From: Eutreptiella sp. 'Long Island Sound 2002'
Lineage: Eukaryota > Protista > Euglenida
Length of the DNA: 64,000 bases
Direction of reading: 5' to 3'
Assembly: GCA_964036045.1 (NCBI GenBank)
Contig: OZ038378.1
Coordinates: forward strand, 194,308,001-194,372,000
A model generated the notes under the pieces. The model ran no database searches, had not been told where the DNA came from, and saw only the letters and a list, made by a program, of their open reading frames with translations. Made by a program: the position numbers and the translations under genes. Positions 35,111-47,589 of this stretch are shown here, piece by piece; the stretch's first letter is position 1, and each line of letters begins with the position of its first letter.

Positions 35111-37497
35111 CGCCCTGAAAGTGGTCCGAGAGTGGGAGGGAGTCGGCGTATGGCCCGTTGCTACGGCCCCCCCGTGTTTCATTCCTCGTTGCCCCAGTGG
35201 CGTGGCAGACAGATTACAGGTGAGCTTCAAGTATACGTCCCGCCACCACGGGTGGTATGCGGCCCAGGTACCGCACGGGACAACATATGTTGTACTTACA
35301 CTGTCATTTCTGAACCGGCCCGTCTGGCTGAGCACTTACGAAGGACTTGTGAGTCTGAGCCAAAAAAAAAATTACATGACATGGAGGCGTGCAGCCCTTT
35401 ACACCCTTGTGCTCTGCACACATGCTACTGCCAAGCCCGTTGCTGAGGCTGCTGCCATCCCTTGTGCTGAACCCTCAGTCAAGGTGCAACCAAACCTGCC
35501 GCCAGGGTCGCAGGTAAGTCTGCAGCCAAGCCTGTGGCTGGAGAATTTTGCTATTTCGACTTATGCCCCCCCCTTTTGGTGCCTCAGCGGTTTAAGGACC
35601 GGTTCAAGAGGGGGCCGGTCTTCACACAAGCCTGCATGTTGAGTTGTGGGATTGGGTTGTGCATGCATGTGTGCTTTTATGCATATTGTTATCTGCTCCA
35701 TTAGCTCGAGCTCCCCTGGTCTGTGATCAATTGGGACACGACTGGCACTTTCAATGGGCCTGGAACTGTTCCTTCCAATATTCCTGAGTTGCATTATTCT
35801 TCTTCATTTGCATTTACATCTGAGTTGCTGTATTGGGTGAGCATGCGAATCAATGATTCAAATGTCGCATGTTCATTGGTGCTATTAGAGTTGTTGCCAC
35901 ATTGGGCTGTGGTTTTGGATTACCCTGTGCAAAGGGGTTTCATACTCATGTAAGTGCCTTTCCCTGAAGGGTGTGCCAAGAACACACATTGTAGGTGGGT
36001 TGGCATGGGCTCAAACCCACCTTCTCTGCTTCTTTTTATTATCACAAGATCTGTCAACAGCTCCAGCAGCAGCAAGCTTGGCAGCCATCTGTGATGTATG
36101 CAACGCCCTCATTCCCACATACCCGGAACAGAACTCAGGAGGAAGTTTGTGGGACGCCCTCAAGGCGTGTCAGTTGCATCCCGCTGCATCCCCTGGTGAC
36201 GGTGTACAAGTCTCAAGTACACATCCCACCATCCTCTGACGGCATGTAGGTCCTCCACACGGGATAATATATGTTGCATTTTAAGTGCCACACAGAGCCG
36301 GTCCGTCTGACCGAGCACTTATGAGGCACGGGTAAATCTGAGCAAAAAAAAAGTACATGGAACAGAACTCAACTCCTGTAGATTTGATTCACTCGCTCTT
36401 CTTTCAGAGGCTCATACCCTACCCCCTCCCTCGCGAGGACATTGTCTATGGCGGGGACATTCGGTCAATCAGAACCGACCATTGATCCCCTCGTGAGGAC
36501 AGCACCCTTGTCAGAACAATATGGGGTGCTGTTTCTGCAACTTTTGAAACCATTGGCTTTCGTGGCCCCATTTTCTGGTTGTTTATGAGGTCAAGTTTTT
36601 TCTTTGATTTGAAGCAAGGAATAGTATTGATTGCTAGGCTGCCACTTGTTGCCCATAGGTAGGATACGTCTTGCCCCATTCTGCTCCTTGCTTCAGTGCA
36701 GAGAATGTATAATGCTTGTTTTTGAGGCCAATTCAGGGTCCGATTCTGATTTTCGTTCAGGGACAGACACCAGGTGTGATGGAGCCAGCTATGATGAGGT
36801 TTCTGAATCAGGTTCTGTGTCCGATTCAAGTTCCTTGTCAAATGCATCTTCCATTTCTTTGAACAGCAGTGGTCAGGCCAGGTGTTCTGGAGGACAACGG
36901 CATGTGGATCTTGTCTAGACATCAAGGATGTTTTGCTTTGCTCTCATTGCTCATGTCCTCACGGCGCACTCAAACAGCGCCCTTGGCAGATCAGGAGGGC
37001 CATTTATTGTCATTTGGTAACTCTTTCTTTGCATACAAATACTTATTGCTCTGGTGTTGTGCAATGCCACATTTGTCGCTCGTTCTTTGGGGCAAAGAGA
37101 GTGCCTTCTTTCATTTGTAATGACAAAATTGGAGGTGGCACCCAGGGGCACCACCGTTGGTTAGGGGGTCCATATAGAAGAAAAAAGTGGAATGTGACTT
37201 GCGTTCGAATTGACGTATAGTGGCAGCTACAGGCGAACCAAGTTTGGCCCACCACAATGCTAGCGGACCCAGAGCGGTGCTCTCAGGACCAATATGCATT
37301 GGCAAATGATTCAGCATATGCTTGCGTTAGCGTATGCTTGCCTAATGCTTGCGGATATTTCGGTCCTGTAGCCACCAACTCATCCCGCAGCCATGCAATC
37401 ACACTGAGATGCAAAACAATTGGTCTCAGAAATAACACCATTTGGCAGAGGGAGTGGTCATTGCACAAAGCAAACATTGCATATGCTAAAAAGCTAG

Positions 37498-38140
37498 CTG
37501 CAGCAATTTTACCATCGCATGCGGCGATGTTACAGCAATTCACGCACCTCCATTGCCACCTCGCGTCGCCGTATCATCGCGTGGAGGCGCCAAGGGACTC
37601 TTCCCCTTGACCACTACGACACACTGATGCAAACGTGCCACACCAGGAAGGAAAAGTTTTGGCTTCAATCCCTACGTACCTTGAGACATCGGTCAATGCA
37701 GGCACTCACACACGTTGCCACTCAACTATTAAGGGAAAACTGGTCAGCTGCGGAGGACCTGTTCCGAGCTGCCGTTGCCATCGTACATCACCTCAAAAAG
37801 CGCTCCCGGCCCTATGACACTGCAAACCCCAAACGGACCTGCACGCCCCGCACTGCCCCTCAACCCGAGACAGTGTGGCCTAATCCCTGAAGACAGGGAC
37901 CAACCCCTCTACAGACTTGACATCTGACACTGGATTCTTGCACTTGGCGGTGGTGTCGGCTGCGCGCCAGTTCCTATTTTTTCACCAACCCATGGCAGGT
38001 TGGCCCCCCTGTGGCGTCCTCCCCTTGTCTATTTTTTCCCCCACAGGTGTGGAATGCCACTCCCCAGCGCGCCGTAACCCTGCCTGTGTTCTACTTCCCA
38101 CCTTCGCCCTCTTCTGTGTGTCACCAATCACTCCACAGCA
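37498..38140 (+). mobile_element. Second copy of the same retro-insertion, 3'-truncated by a local duplication junction
   Basis: Identical 5' junction AAGCTAG|CTGCAGCAATTTT. The sequence switches back to array sequence at CTCCACAGCAG|CGCACTCAAAC. Confidence 0.85.
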
Positions 38141-40618
38141 GCGCACTCAAACAGCGCCCTTGGCAGATCAGGAGGGCCATTTATTGTCATTTGTTAACTC
38201 CTTCTTTGCATACAAATACTTATTGCTCTGGTGTTGTGCAATGCCACATTTGTCGCTCGTTCTTTGGGGCAAAGAGAGTGCCTTCTTTCATTTGTAGTGA
38301 CAAAATTGGAGGTGGCACCCAGGGGCACCACTGTTCGTTAGGGGTCCATAAAAAAGTGGAATGTGACTTGCGTCCGAATTGACGTATAGTGGCAGCTACA
38401 GGCGAACCAAGTTTGGCCCACCACAATGCTAGCGGACCTAAAATGGTGCTCTCAGGACCAATATGCATTGGCCAATGATTCAACGTATGCTTGTGTCATC
38501 GAATGCTTGCCTAATGCTTGCGGATATTTCGGTCCTGTAGCCACCAACTCATCCCGCAGCCATGCAATCACACTGAGATGCAAAACAATTGGTCTCAGAG
38601 ATGACACCATTTGGCAGAGGGAGTGGTCATTGCACAAAGCAAACATTGCATATGCTAAAAAGCTAGGGCAACCGTTACCACCCCCCACCCCCCAACTGTG
38701 AGCACTAAAAGCGCTGAAAATGATGGAAACACCATCTCGCGCTCCAATTTTAAGCTGTCAACAAGAAGAGGTGCGTTCAAGAAAGTCAAAGAGCAGATGT
38801 CAAGAAGTTGGGAAGTGAATGATGGGATGTTGCATGTAGTTTGGAACAACCATTGGAGCATGGACCCGATGCTCTTGGCCGTCCCAACGCGCCTCTTGTG
38901 GTATACAAACCCCTGAACAACCACCGTAGCAGCTAGGACCAGCGGATTTACTCTAGTAGAAGAAAAAAGGGAGGCCCGCGTGACCTTACATGCTATACCC
39001 TGACAACACCATCCTTTTTGTCCCTTGTACCTTCGATAACCCCACCAACAGGGGCATGGGGAAGGTCTCTCTTCAAGGTGCCTGGCCGAAGGCAATAGAA
39101 CTTCTACAACCCCAGAGATCTACACTACTTCTCTTACGGCACCTTTTTTCGGTGGTGGTGTGCACTGTAAGGAGTACAGCTTCATGCCTGGTCATGGCCG
39201 TACCCCCCCTCCCCCTTGCGCAAGCACGGCCTTGTCTAAGCACAGAGTGGTGAGAACAGTGATTTCCTGCCGGTGGGATACCGGGGGTGACGGCCATCAT
39301 CGGATTATGGCTAAGCATAGAGTGGGCGTTGAAACACTGTTTTTAGGAAATTTTGGGACCACTGTTTTTGTCGTCCCAGATGTAAGATGGGGTTTAAAAC
39401 CATTCTACCACACATTGCAACCCATGTTTGTTTTGATGTGATTCTTAGCCAGTCCCGATATTCCCCTTCCACAGCCTGTCACTATCTGCATCTTCTGGAA
39501 ATGGGCGGTCATGTGTGTTTGTCATCATGTGTGTCGCACGCAAGCAAAGTGTTGTCTAAGCACCTAGTAGGTGTGAACCGCTGTTTAGCCTGGTTTTTTG
39601 GGACCACGGCTGTGCTTGCGCAGGGGGCGGGGGTTACATTCAACTAGAACCACTATCCTACAAGACCTTTGGGTATTTGGCCTACAGTCTATAATCCTGC
39701 TCCTTCGCGGGGCAATACATAGTTGATGGCTGTTCAAGTGTGCATTTCGCTTTTGGGCAGGTTGGGGCTTGAGGTTGGTGGGGCAGATCTTGCAGGTTTA
39801 TATTGGAGAAATGCCCAGGAAAGGTGGTTGTCAACTGCAGTGCAATGATTTCCTCATTGGGTGCACGGTCAAAGGGTTGGAGTGCACTTCCAAAGTGCCT
39901 AGTGGTGTGACCCATGATACATTGGACAACACACCAATGTGCAACAATGCATGGCTGCAACCAACGCAGAAAGTTCCACAGACCTGCAGCGTAAAACTGC
40001 TTTCCATGGTGGTGCAATTTTCAAAACCATCTGACGCTTGACCTGTACATTGGCATCATACAGTCCCGAACAGTGGGGATTCCTTGCTGCACTAGGGCTG
40101 CACCATGGCCGCGTGCTAGAGTGGCAAACAGCCCTGAGCACTGATGTCGGCTAGTACAGGAGACGGTGGCCGCTTTCAGCATATCCCTACGGCAGAACCC
40201 AGATACAAGCCCTGTTGTTTACGTGTTGGGGGGAGCGTTAGTGCGCCAGGCCCACGCCAGGCATCTTTTTTGACCCGTGCCCCACCGGTGACCTTTTAGG
40301 GGGTGCGCACTAAGTGCAGTGCGTGCGCAGTGCAACTATTTGGACATCTAGCCATCCTAGAACCCCATACTTTGTGATACCTGCAAGATCTGCCCCACCA
40401 AACTCAAGCCCCAACCTGCTCAAGAGCCAAATGCACACTTGAGACAAGTACAGGAGACAAGTAGACAGTGGCCGCTTTCAGCATATCCCTGAGGCAAACC
40501 CCAGATACAAGCAATGTTTTTTTCGTGTTGCATGTAATTGTGGGTTGAACGAAGTTGCTGCACAACATTTGCACATGTTGTCTCCAGTTCTCATAAGAGC
40601 TTATTTCTTGACGCACCG

Positions 40619-41851
40619 ATGTCGACTCGCTCAGCCACGCATTCCATGGCCAGTGACCTCATGTTGGCACAAGAGTACTGTTTCTGGAGAGACAACTACG
40701 AGGTGGTGATTGTGAAGAATAGACGCCGAAAGTCGTCGCAGCGCACTGAGCTGGTGCAGTTGAATCGCGTCACCTCATGGGGCGCGTACCAAGCAAGCGT
40801 AATCATGCACATGGCCCAGACCCCACAGAACGGCAGTCTGCACATCTTTCGCAAGGGAATCGCCCCAGAGTACGACGATCCTTTGAATCGGAATGGCGGT
40901 CTCTTTAAGCTGACGTTTCAAGCCACAAGTTGTGCTGCGGATGCGTTCACAGCGCTGTGCGGTTCCTTCGTCCTGGGGCACCTCCTGAACCACGTGGCAG
41001 TGAATGGGGTAACATTTGCCAAAAAGGGGACGAGTTGTGGTCTGAAGGTGTGGGTTGGGAGCAGGGCCAAGCAGGTGGTGGCCCACGTTCAGGAGTGGTT
41101 CACGAAAGAATTGGATGGCTTCATCTTGTCCTGTGTGTTCTGCCCCATTGTGTCGCTGCTGACCTCCATTCAGAAGAAGCAAGCTGCACTGTGTGTGCCA
41201 CCACAGCCCATCCAGCAACCACAAGGCCCAAACCCTAGAGACGCCATCGGGATCCTCAAGGTACCACCACCACCCCCAGTGATGATGCCCGCAGTCACCA
41301 CCACAGGCAACATGGGAATCATCCCTTGGGACTTGGTGCAACAGCCGGATGTCGCTGGCAGCCCAAGCCTGTTTCTTCTCAACGAAGCATCGTTCTCGAG
41401 TGATGGTAGCGACCCTGACACGGCTGCGTCTGGTAGATCCCTGGGATACAGCAGTCAGGCCTCCACTTCCGACGTCAATGACCGAGCACGCGATTCGCAG
41501 CTGTTGTCGCTGTCCCGAGACGAGTGTATACTGGAGCAGGCCGTTGAAGAATGTGTACAGGATGTCCAACAAATGGAGGCATCGGGTCCTCAGGTGCCTG
41601 CCGCGCTTTCAGTCGTCCACAATGTGTTTCAGGATGATGCCATGAGGTGCTTGATGAGCAGGTCTCGGTACTCACAAGCCTGGGCTGTAGAAGCAGCGGA
41701 CGCCGTGAGAAAGCGGCTGCAAGCCACCGCAGAGCGGTGTCGTGCATTTCCTCGCGATTTTATGGAAGTGCGGGTCGTGCAAACCTCTCCGCAAGCCCCA
41801 TGCCGTACATGCTCTGACGATTCTGACGAATGTATGGGCAGATGGGGATAG
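40619..41851 (+). CDS. eIF4E-like protein copy 4 (GIAPEYDDPL allele)
   Basis: Intact frame with several private amino-acid changes (HLLNH, FILSCVF, FQDD). Confidence 0.85.
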   Translation: MSTRSATHSMASDLMLAQEYCFWRDNYEVVIVKNRRRKSSQRTELVQLNRVTSWGAYQASVIMHMAQTPQNGSLHIFRKGIAPEYDDPLNRNGGLFKLTFQATSCAADAFTALCGSFVLGHLLNHVAVNGVTFAKKGTSCGLKVWVGSRAKQVVAHVQEWFTKELDGFILSCVFCPIVSLLTSIQKKQAALCVPPQPIQQPQGPNPRDAIGILKVPPPPPVMMPAVTTTGNMGIIPWDLVQQPDVAGSPSLFLLNEASFSSDGSDPDTAASGRSLGYSSQASTSDVNDRARDSQLLSLSRDECILEQAVEECVQDVQQMEASGPQVPAALSVVHNVFQDDAMRCLMSRSRYSQAWAVEAADAVRKRLQATAERCRAFPRDFMEVRVVQTSPQAPCRTCSDDSDECMGRWG

Positions 41852-42329
41852 TGCAAATCAGCGATGGATTTAATTTTGGCGCTACTCTGGGGTCCGGGTC
41901 CGGGGCCGGGGGGGCGGTCAGTTTTTGTGACTGGTCACAAAAAACATACAGGGCCATAGTGAGAAAGTGCGGCCCCGAAAAAATCTTGTGACCAAAAAGG
42001 TTGTCTTCGGTAGAATGTCCCTCCTTTGTCTGGCTGTAGTGCAAATTGACCGTGACTGTGTCTGCTTGCACTTTTGCTCCTCCTTTGCATCTATCAGTAC
42101 CAGTTCATCTAGTGACAGTGGCAGCGATAGTGGCACTGGCAGCGGCAGTGACAAGTGACAGTGATGGTAGCTGCAGGGAGCAAGACAATTTTGTCACTGT
42201 GAGTGATGATAGTGAATGACATTGAGACATTGAATGACATTGAATGACGTTAACAATGTTGCATCCACAGGGCCCTATGCTTATCATGAGTGCTGTTGCA
42301 TCCCCCCCCCCCCCCCATGTACATGTATG

Positions 42330-42383
42330 TACAGCATATCCCTTCCAACACAAAAACCGTTGCAGTTTGAATGATGATTGCGC
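42330..42383. mobile_element. 54-bp insertion flanked by the 14-bp duplication CATGTACATGTATG
   Basis: Repeats at 42316-42329 and 42384-42397; a single copy at 3725-3738. Confidence 0.85.
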
Positions 42384-43064
42384 CATGTACATGTATGGGC
42401 TGAGGGCTGCCCAAAACCCCTGGTTTTAGGTCACCTTTTTTTGTGACCAGATATCGTGACCTTTTTCATGACCAAGGGCAGGGGGGTTGGTGAGGGGGGG
42501 GATCCGGGCCGGACACCCAACCCCCCAGTTAGATCCAACCCTGGTGCAAATGCGGCTGCAAGCCTGTGGGCATATATGGGCCTGTGGGCATGTGCTGCTT
42601 TGCATGAAGGGGGCAGGTTTGTGCCTGTGGCATCGCTTGGCTTGAGGTACTGTTACACAATGTATGCATATCCTCTGTTGATGGCAACCACATGTTTCTC
42701 ATGCATTGCAGGATGGCAATCCTTCCTTTTTGTGCACAAATGGTGCGAGACCACCATTGCTCCTGCACTATGCAAGGGGGGCAGCCGGCATCCTATTTTG
42801 TGGATGTTCCATCTGCTTTTGGACCGTGGCCCTGCCCTGACTGCCAAGCAGAAACCCGCCAGTGACCCTGATCCTGTGGAACCTGAACCCTTAAGGGTTC
42901 CGTTACAACAGCACCCTCAGCCGCAGGCAGGACGCACAAGGGATGTCCCAACTGGGCACTACTTCCACACGGCATCCCCCAAGCAAAGGGCAGCCGGGAG
43001 GATGTGGCGCCGCATCCGTGACAAGGGGAGCGGTATGTCTGCATCAATGAGGTCTGGAACACGG

Positions 43065-43670
43065 ATTATACCCCGACCAGTGGGTTGACTGCCAGAGTCA
43101 CTCTGTTTTACAATAAAGGGCCTCCCTTTTCCTGCACTGAGCTGTAGACCAATACCGGTATCTTCTTGCATACACCTATAGATTTATGCATAGGCGTTTT
43201 ACAAAGTTGCCCCTGCAATTCTTATCACATCCTTTACGGTCAGCAGTGTCTCCACACGAGGCTGGCAGCTGCAAGGGACACACAACATTTGCACAAGTAC
43301 TGACGCTTTGGACGACCTTGCTTACACAAGCGATCCCACAAAATTTGTTGGCTGATGTCAAAACCTTTACGAGCACCCCTCATGCCGCTTTCCTACAGGC
43401 ACCATCCTGTATTGCAACACCCCCCAGCCACCCCCCTCGCCAGCCCCTACTGATGCACTCCTAGCATGTTTATCAGATATCCTACAACAAATGCAGCGGC
43501 TTCACATACCCAGTGAATCGTGGTCTCAGGGCTGGGTACTTCCTATCCTTCAATTTGGCACGCCTCACAAGGACATTGATTTTTCAAACGTTACAGTTGT
43601 TTGTCCACGTTGACGATAATACTATTGTGGCTGCATCCCAGGCCCAGTTGCAAGCTGCCCTCTATACCGA
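43065..43670 (+). pseudogene. RT relic, copy 4a
   Basis: Near-identical to 4395-4988. Confidence 0.8.
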
Positions 43671-44385
43671 GTGCATGTTTTGGACCCCCAAATATGAGCG
43701 CTGATTCTTGCACCGGAAAGGACATTCCATCCCAAATAGGACACTATTCCGTGCAGTTTGCTTCTCGTTCCGCCCCATTGGCTCCACGAGGCATGTATCA
43801 CAGCATGCGCCTGGAAGTACAGGACTGCCATGGATCAACGTGCCCGCCCTGTGTGCAACTGCAACAGGGCCTGTGGTTCTGATGTCACTGTCCCTTCCCT
43901 CCACAGGCCTTGCCATGCCTCAAATGCCCCTTACCCCGGGCCCGGGTGCCACCACACATGTCCCCCCCTCCCCCCCCAATGCCCCACCAAACATAACCGT
44001 CTTGAAACAAGCACATGGCTGTTGCATGGTTTGGAAGAGAAGGTCTGTCTGATCTGTGCGTTCGAACCTGATTGCGGTGGTGTTGATGGATCGCCTCGTT
44101 GGGCATATGGTTGAATGATGAAATGTTTGTGTCTGCTGGTCAACAAGCTTTTAAATTCAAGGGAACACATCTCATAGGAGGATGGCTGAAGAAGTGGAAG
44201 CAGCACATATCGGGAGAGCTCCGACTGGTGCACTGAACACAGGATTGATGCCCTCCTCCTCCTCCAATGCCAAAGGGAGAGGGGGCTTCCTTTGCATCTC
44301 AGTTTTACTCCGTCACTGAAGATGACAAGTTGGCGCAGACCCCTTACCAAACTGTTAAATGCCGAAAACACACACAGTATATGCT

Positions 44386-44928
44386 TTTTACAAAGTTGCC
44401 CGTGGAATGTCCGTGGAATGTGAAACGAAGCGTCTCATGTCTTGGTGCAGGGTGTAGGGCTGGGGCAGGCAGAACATCCTTTACGGTCAGCACTGTCTCC
44501 ACACGAGGCTGGCAGCTGCAAGGGACACACAGCATTTGCACAAGTACTGACGCTTTGGACGACCTTGCTTACACAAGCGATCCCACAATATGTGTGTATT
44601 TGTTGGCTGACGTCAAAGCCTTTACCAGCACCCCTCATGCCGCTTTCCTACAGGCACCATCCTGTATTGCAACACCCCCCAGCCACCCCCCTCGCCAGCC
44701 CCTACTGATGCACTCCTAGCATGTTTATCAGATATCCTACAACAAATGCAGCGGCTTCACATACCCAGTGAACCGTGGTCTGGGTACTTCCTATCCCACG
44801 CCCCATTCGCTTTGGCGCGCCTCACAAGGGCATTGATTTTTCAAACGTTACAGTTGTTTGTCCACGTTGACGACAATACTATTGTGGCTGCATCCCAGGC
44901 CCAGTTGCAAGCTGCCCTCTATACTGAG
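44386..44928 (+). pseudogene. RT relic, copy 4b, interrupted by ~70 bp of filler at 44402-44472
   Basis: Near-identical to 5701-6193 apart from the filler. Confidence 0.78.
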
Positions 44929-47589
44929 TGCATGTTTTGGACCCCCAAATATGAGCTCTGATTCTTCTCACCCTCTACCTCTCCTCTGCTGCTGAATCAT
45001 CTGAAAGGGACATTGCAATCCAATTGAAAACTGCTTCCTTCCCCTGCATCTGTGGGATCAGTATCCTGCTTAGCTTTGTGTGGTATGAAATGCACTTCAG
45101 CTTTCCCCACTGGGAAAGTGGACACTTGTGCAGTACTGCAGGCTTTGCATCAAGGAGTTGTCATGCTTTACCTTCCCTTCATCGGCATATGTTGGGGCGA
45201 GTCCGCGGGTGCTAGGACACCAACTACCCCTGCCGCCCCCACCTGCCCAACCCCCCCCCCCCCTGGCGCTTTTGGCCAGGCGCCTTTGGCCAACAGTTGG
45301 GGTGCCTAAACAAGTGGAATGAGCCCATTTTCAGACCATGATGAACCATTTTGGCCCCTCTCAAGGCCGAAAGGGCCTTGAATATGGGCCAATCTGGGAC
45401 CACAAATGGCTCAAAAACAGGTCAAAACCATGGTTTTCCAAAAATAATCCTAGTCCAGTTGTGGTGCCCAAACGGATGAACACAGCTCGTTTTGAGCCCC
45501 TTTTGAGCTGCTCTCATCCACTTTCCAGTGCGTACCTCATTTGTCGTTGAAGTCTCCTAGACGATGTTCCTTCCCCCACCAGCTCGGTCCCAATATTCAA
45601 TCCTAGTATGGTTAGAGAGAGGGCAAGGGGAGGTAAGGGGAGCCTGTGATGGACCAACGCTTGGCCTTGGGGGCATGTACCCCCCAAATTGCCCCACCTG
45701 GACCCCCCTCCCCCAACCAACCCTCCCGGACTCCCCCGCCCTTGGGCAAAAGCCTCCCCAGATCCCCCCTTCCCTAGCCGCCCCCCCCCCCCCAGGGGGC
45801 CTCCTACCAACGGTTAGTTGGGGGGGTAGTTGGCATCCAGAACCGAGGGGTCCCCCCCCCAGGTCAATATGGGTGGCAAAGTGGTGGTGTAGCTGTAATT
45901 CCATGTCCTCTTGTGTTCTGGGGTGCATGCTGGCCTGTTGCTTTGTATTGTCATGTTTTGAGGCTCGGGTTGGCTTATGTTTGCAACATGTGTTCTGTGT
46001 TACATGCCTCGTGGTAACACGGGCTGGTCCAAACACGGCGACCCCATGTTTCCGCATTTTTGCCCATTGAACTAGGACCCGACCTGTGTTAGGACAGTGG
46101 GTGACACTTGTGCATGGCCAGAATTGACTGGGTTATCATGAGGGCCCCCATGTGCCTTGACCACAAATACCACCCAGCTCCCCCCTTGGGCTGAAATCCC
46201 AACCCCCACCCCCCAATCCCTTGAAGGTTTACCAACCTGTGTCACAATTGCAATTGCCCTGCATGCATGCCATGCATGCCTGCCTGTGTTTTGCAAAACG
46301 TTCAGACTTTACAATGTATCCTCCCATTCCCCCCCCCCCAAAAAAAATATTAAAGCTAACAGAATTGCCCCCCCTCCCCACGCCCCAGCAATCATTCTGC
46401 CAGCTTGCCGGGGTTTGTTGTGGCCCTCAGTCCCCATGTACTGTTGAATTTAGGTTAGAGGTCTTGGCGGACACCAGCGCCAGACTGTACATACGCAGAT
46501 GTTTGACATTGATCTGAATCATCAGTGGAACTGCCGAACATTGCTGTATATGCATACCAGGACGTGCATGTGTGGAGCGCTTTGTTGACCTGCATGCGGC
46601 CCCTGCCCCAGCCGGAATGGACAATCATGCGCCCCCACCCCAGCCCCCCAAACAATATTCCCCTCCCCCCGGCCCGGAGTGGACAACCATGGCCCGGCCA
46701 TTTTGGACCAAATCTTGGACCAAATCTTTTCTGCTCCAAGAGCACACTGGGAAGCCCACGGGCGTGGTGGTTCCTGCTGCATAACCTGGAGTCAGAGCCA
46801 GATCAGACTAGCGCAAGTGATGTTCCACCCCCCTCCCCCCCCACCATCGTTTTCAAAGCACCTCTTCACCTTGACAACCCTAGAATGGTGCATTTCTGCA
46901 AACTGCAAATTGTCATTTACTGCGTTAAATGATTGGTTTCCAGTGCGCACCTTCTCTGGTCTGTAATCCATTCAATGAGCCAGAAACTGTTTCTTCTGTC
47001 ATTCCTGGGGTGCATAGTTTCTCTTCATTTCCATTGACATGCAAGTGTGCAGGCTCTTTGCAGGATTGTAATTCCACAACGTGCGCCAGAGCTTCCTCCA
47101 CCTGTCAGTCCATTGTCGGGATGGTTCTGTGGGGAGTGAGTGAGCTCTTATATTATTTTTATTATTCTTATTGTTAGAATTATAAGAATGATAATTACAT
47201 GACATGGAGGCGTGCAGCCCTTTACACCCTTGTGCTCTGCACACATGCTACTGCCAAGCCCGTTGCTGAGGCTGCTTGTGCTGAACCCTCAGTCAAGGTG
47301 CAACCAAACCTGCCGCCAGGGTCGCAGGCAAGTCTGCAGCCAAGCCTGTGGCTGGAGAGCCCATTCTGATGGCCCCTGTTGAGCATGTGCAGCTCTTCAA
47401 AGTTGAGTTCTAGCACCAGAAAAGGTGGCACCCAGTGCCTGTCTCTCTGTAGACCTGAACACTCTTCCCAATAAAACATTTCCTGGTCATTTTCTGGATC
47501 ATATGCCGTCCATGTATGCATGTCTTGCTGCATGTCACAGGTCCTTTGGAGTTCCCCTAGGGAGACGGGGGGGTTGTCACTTTGGCTAC

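Larger units (their letters stand above)
34226..35176. mobile_element. 951-bp non-autonomous hAT-like TIR element
   Basis: Perfect 12-bp TIR CACGGGGGGGCC / GGCCCCCCCGTG and an 8-bp TSD with one mismatch (TTTCATTT / TTTCATTC). Empty sites lie at ~11598 and ~20938. Confidence 0.8.

Noticed and set aside
34802-35642. Long Pro-rich or Gly-rich ORFs (177-263 aa)
   Set aside because: By-products of the stop-free C-rich minisatellite.
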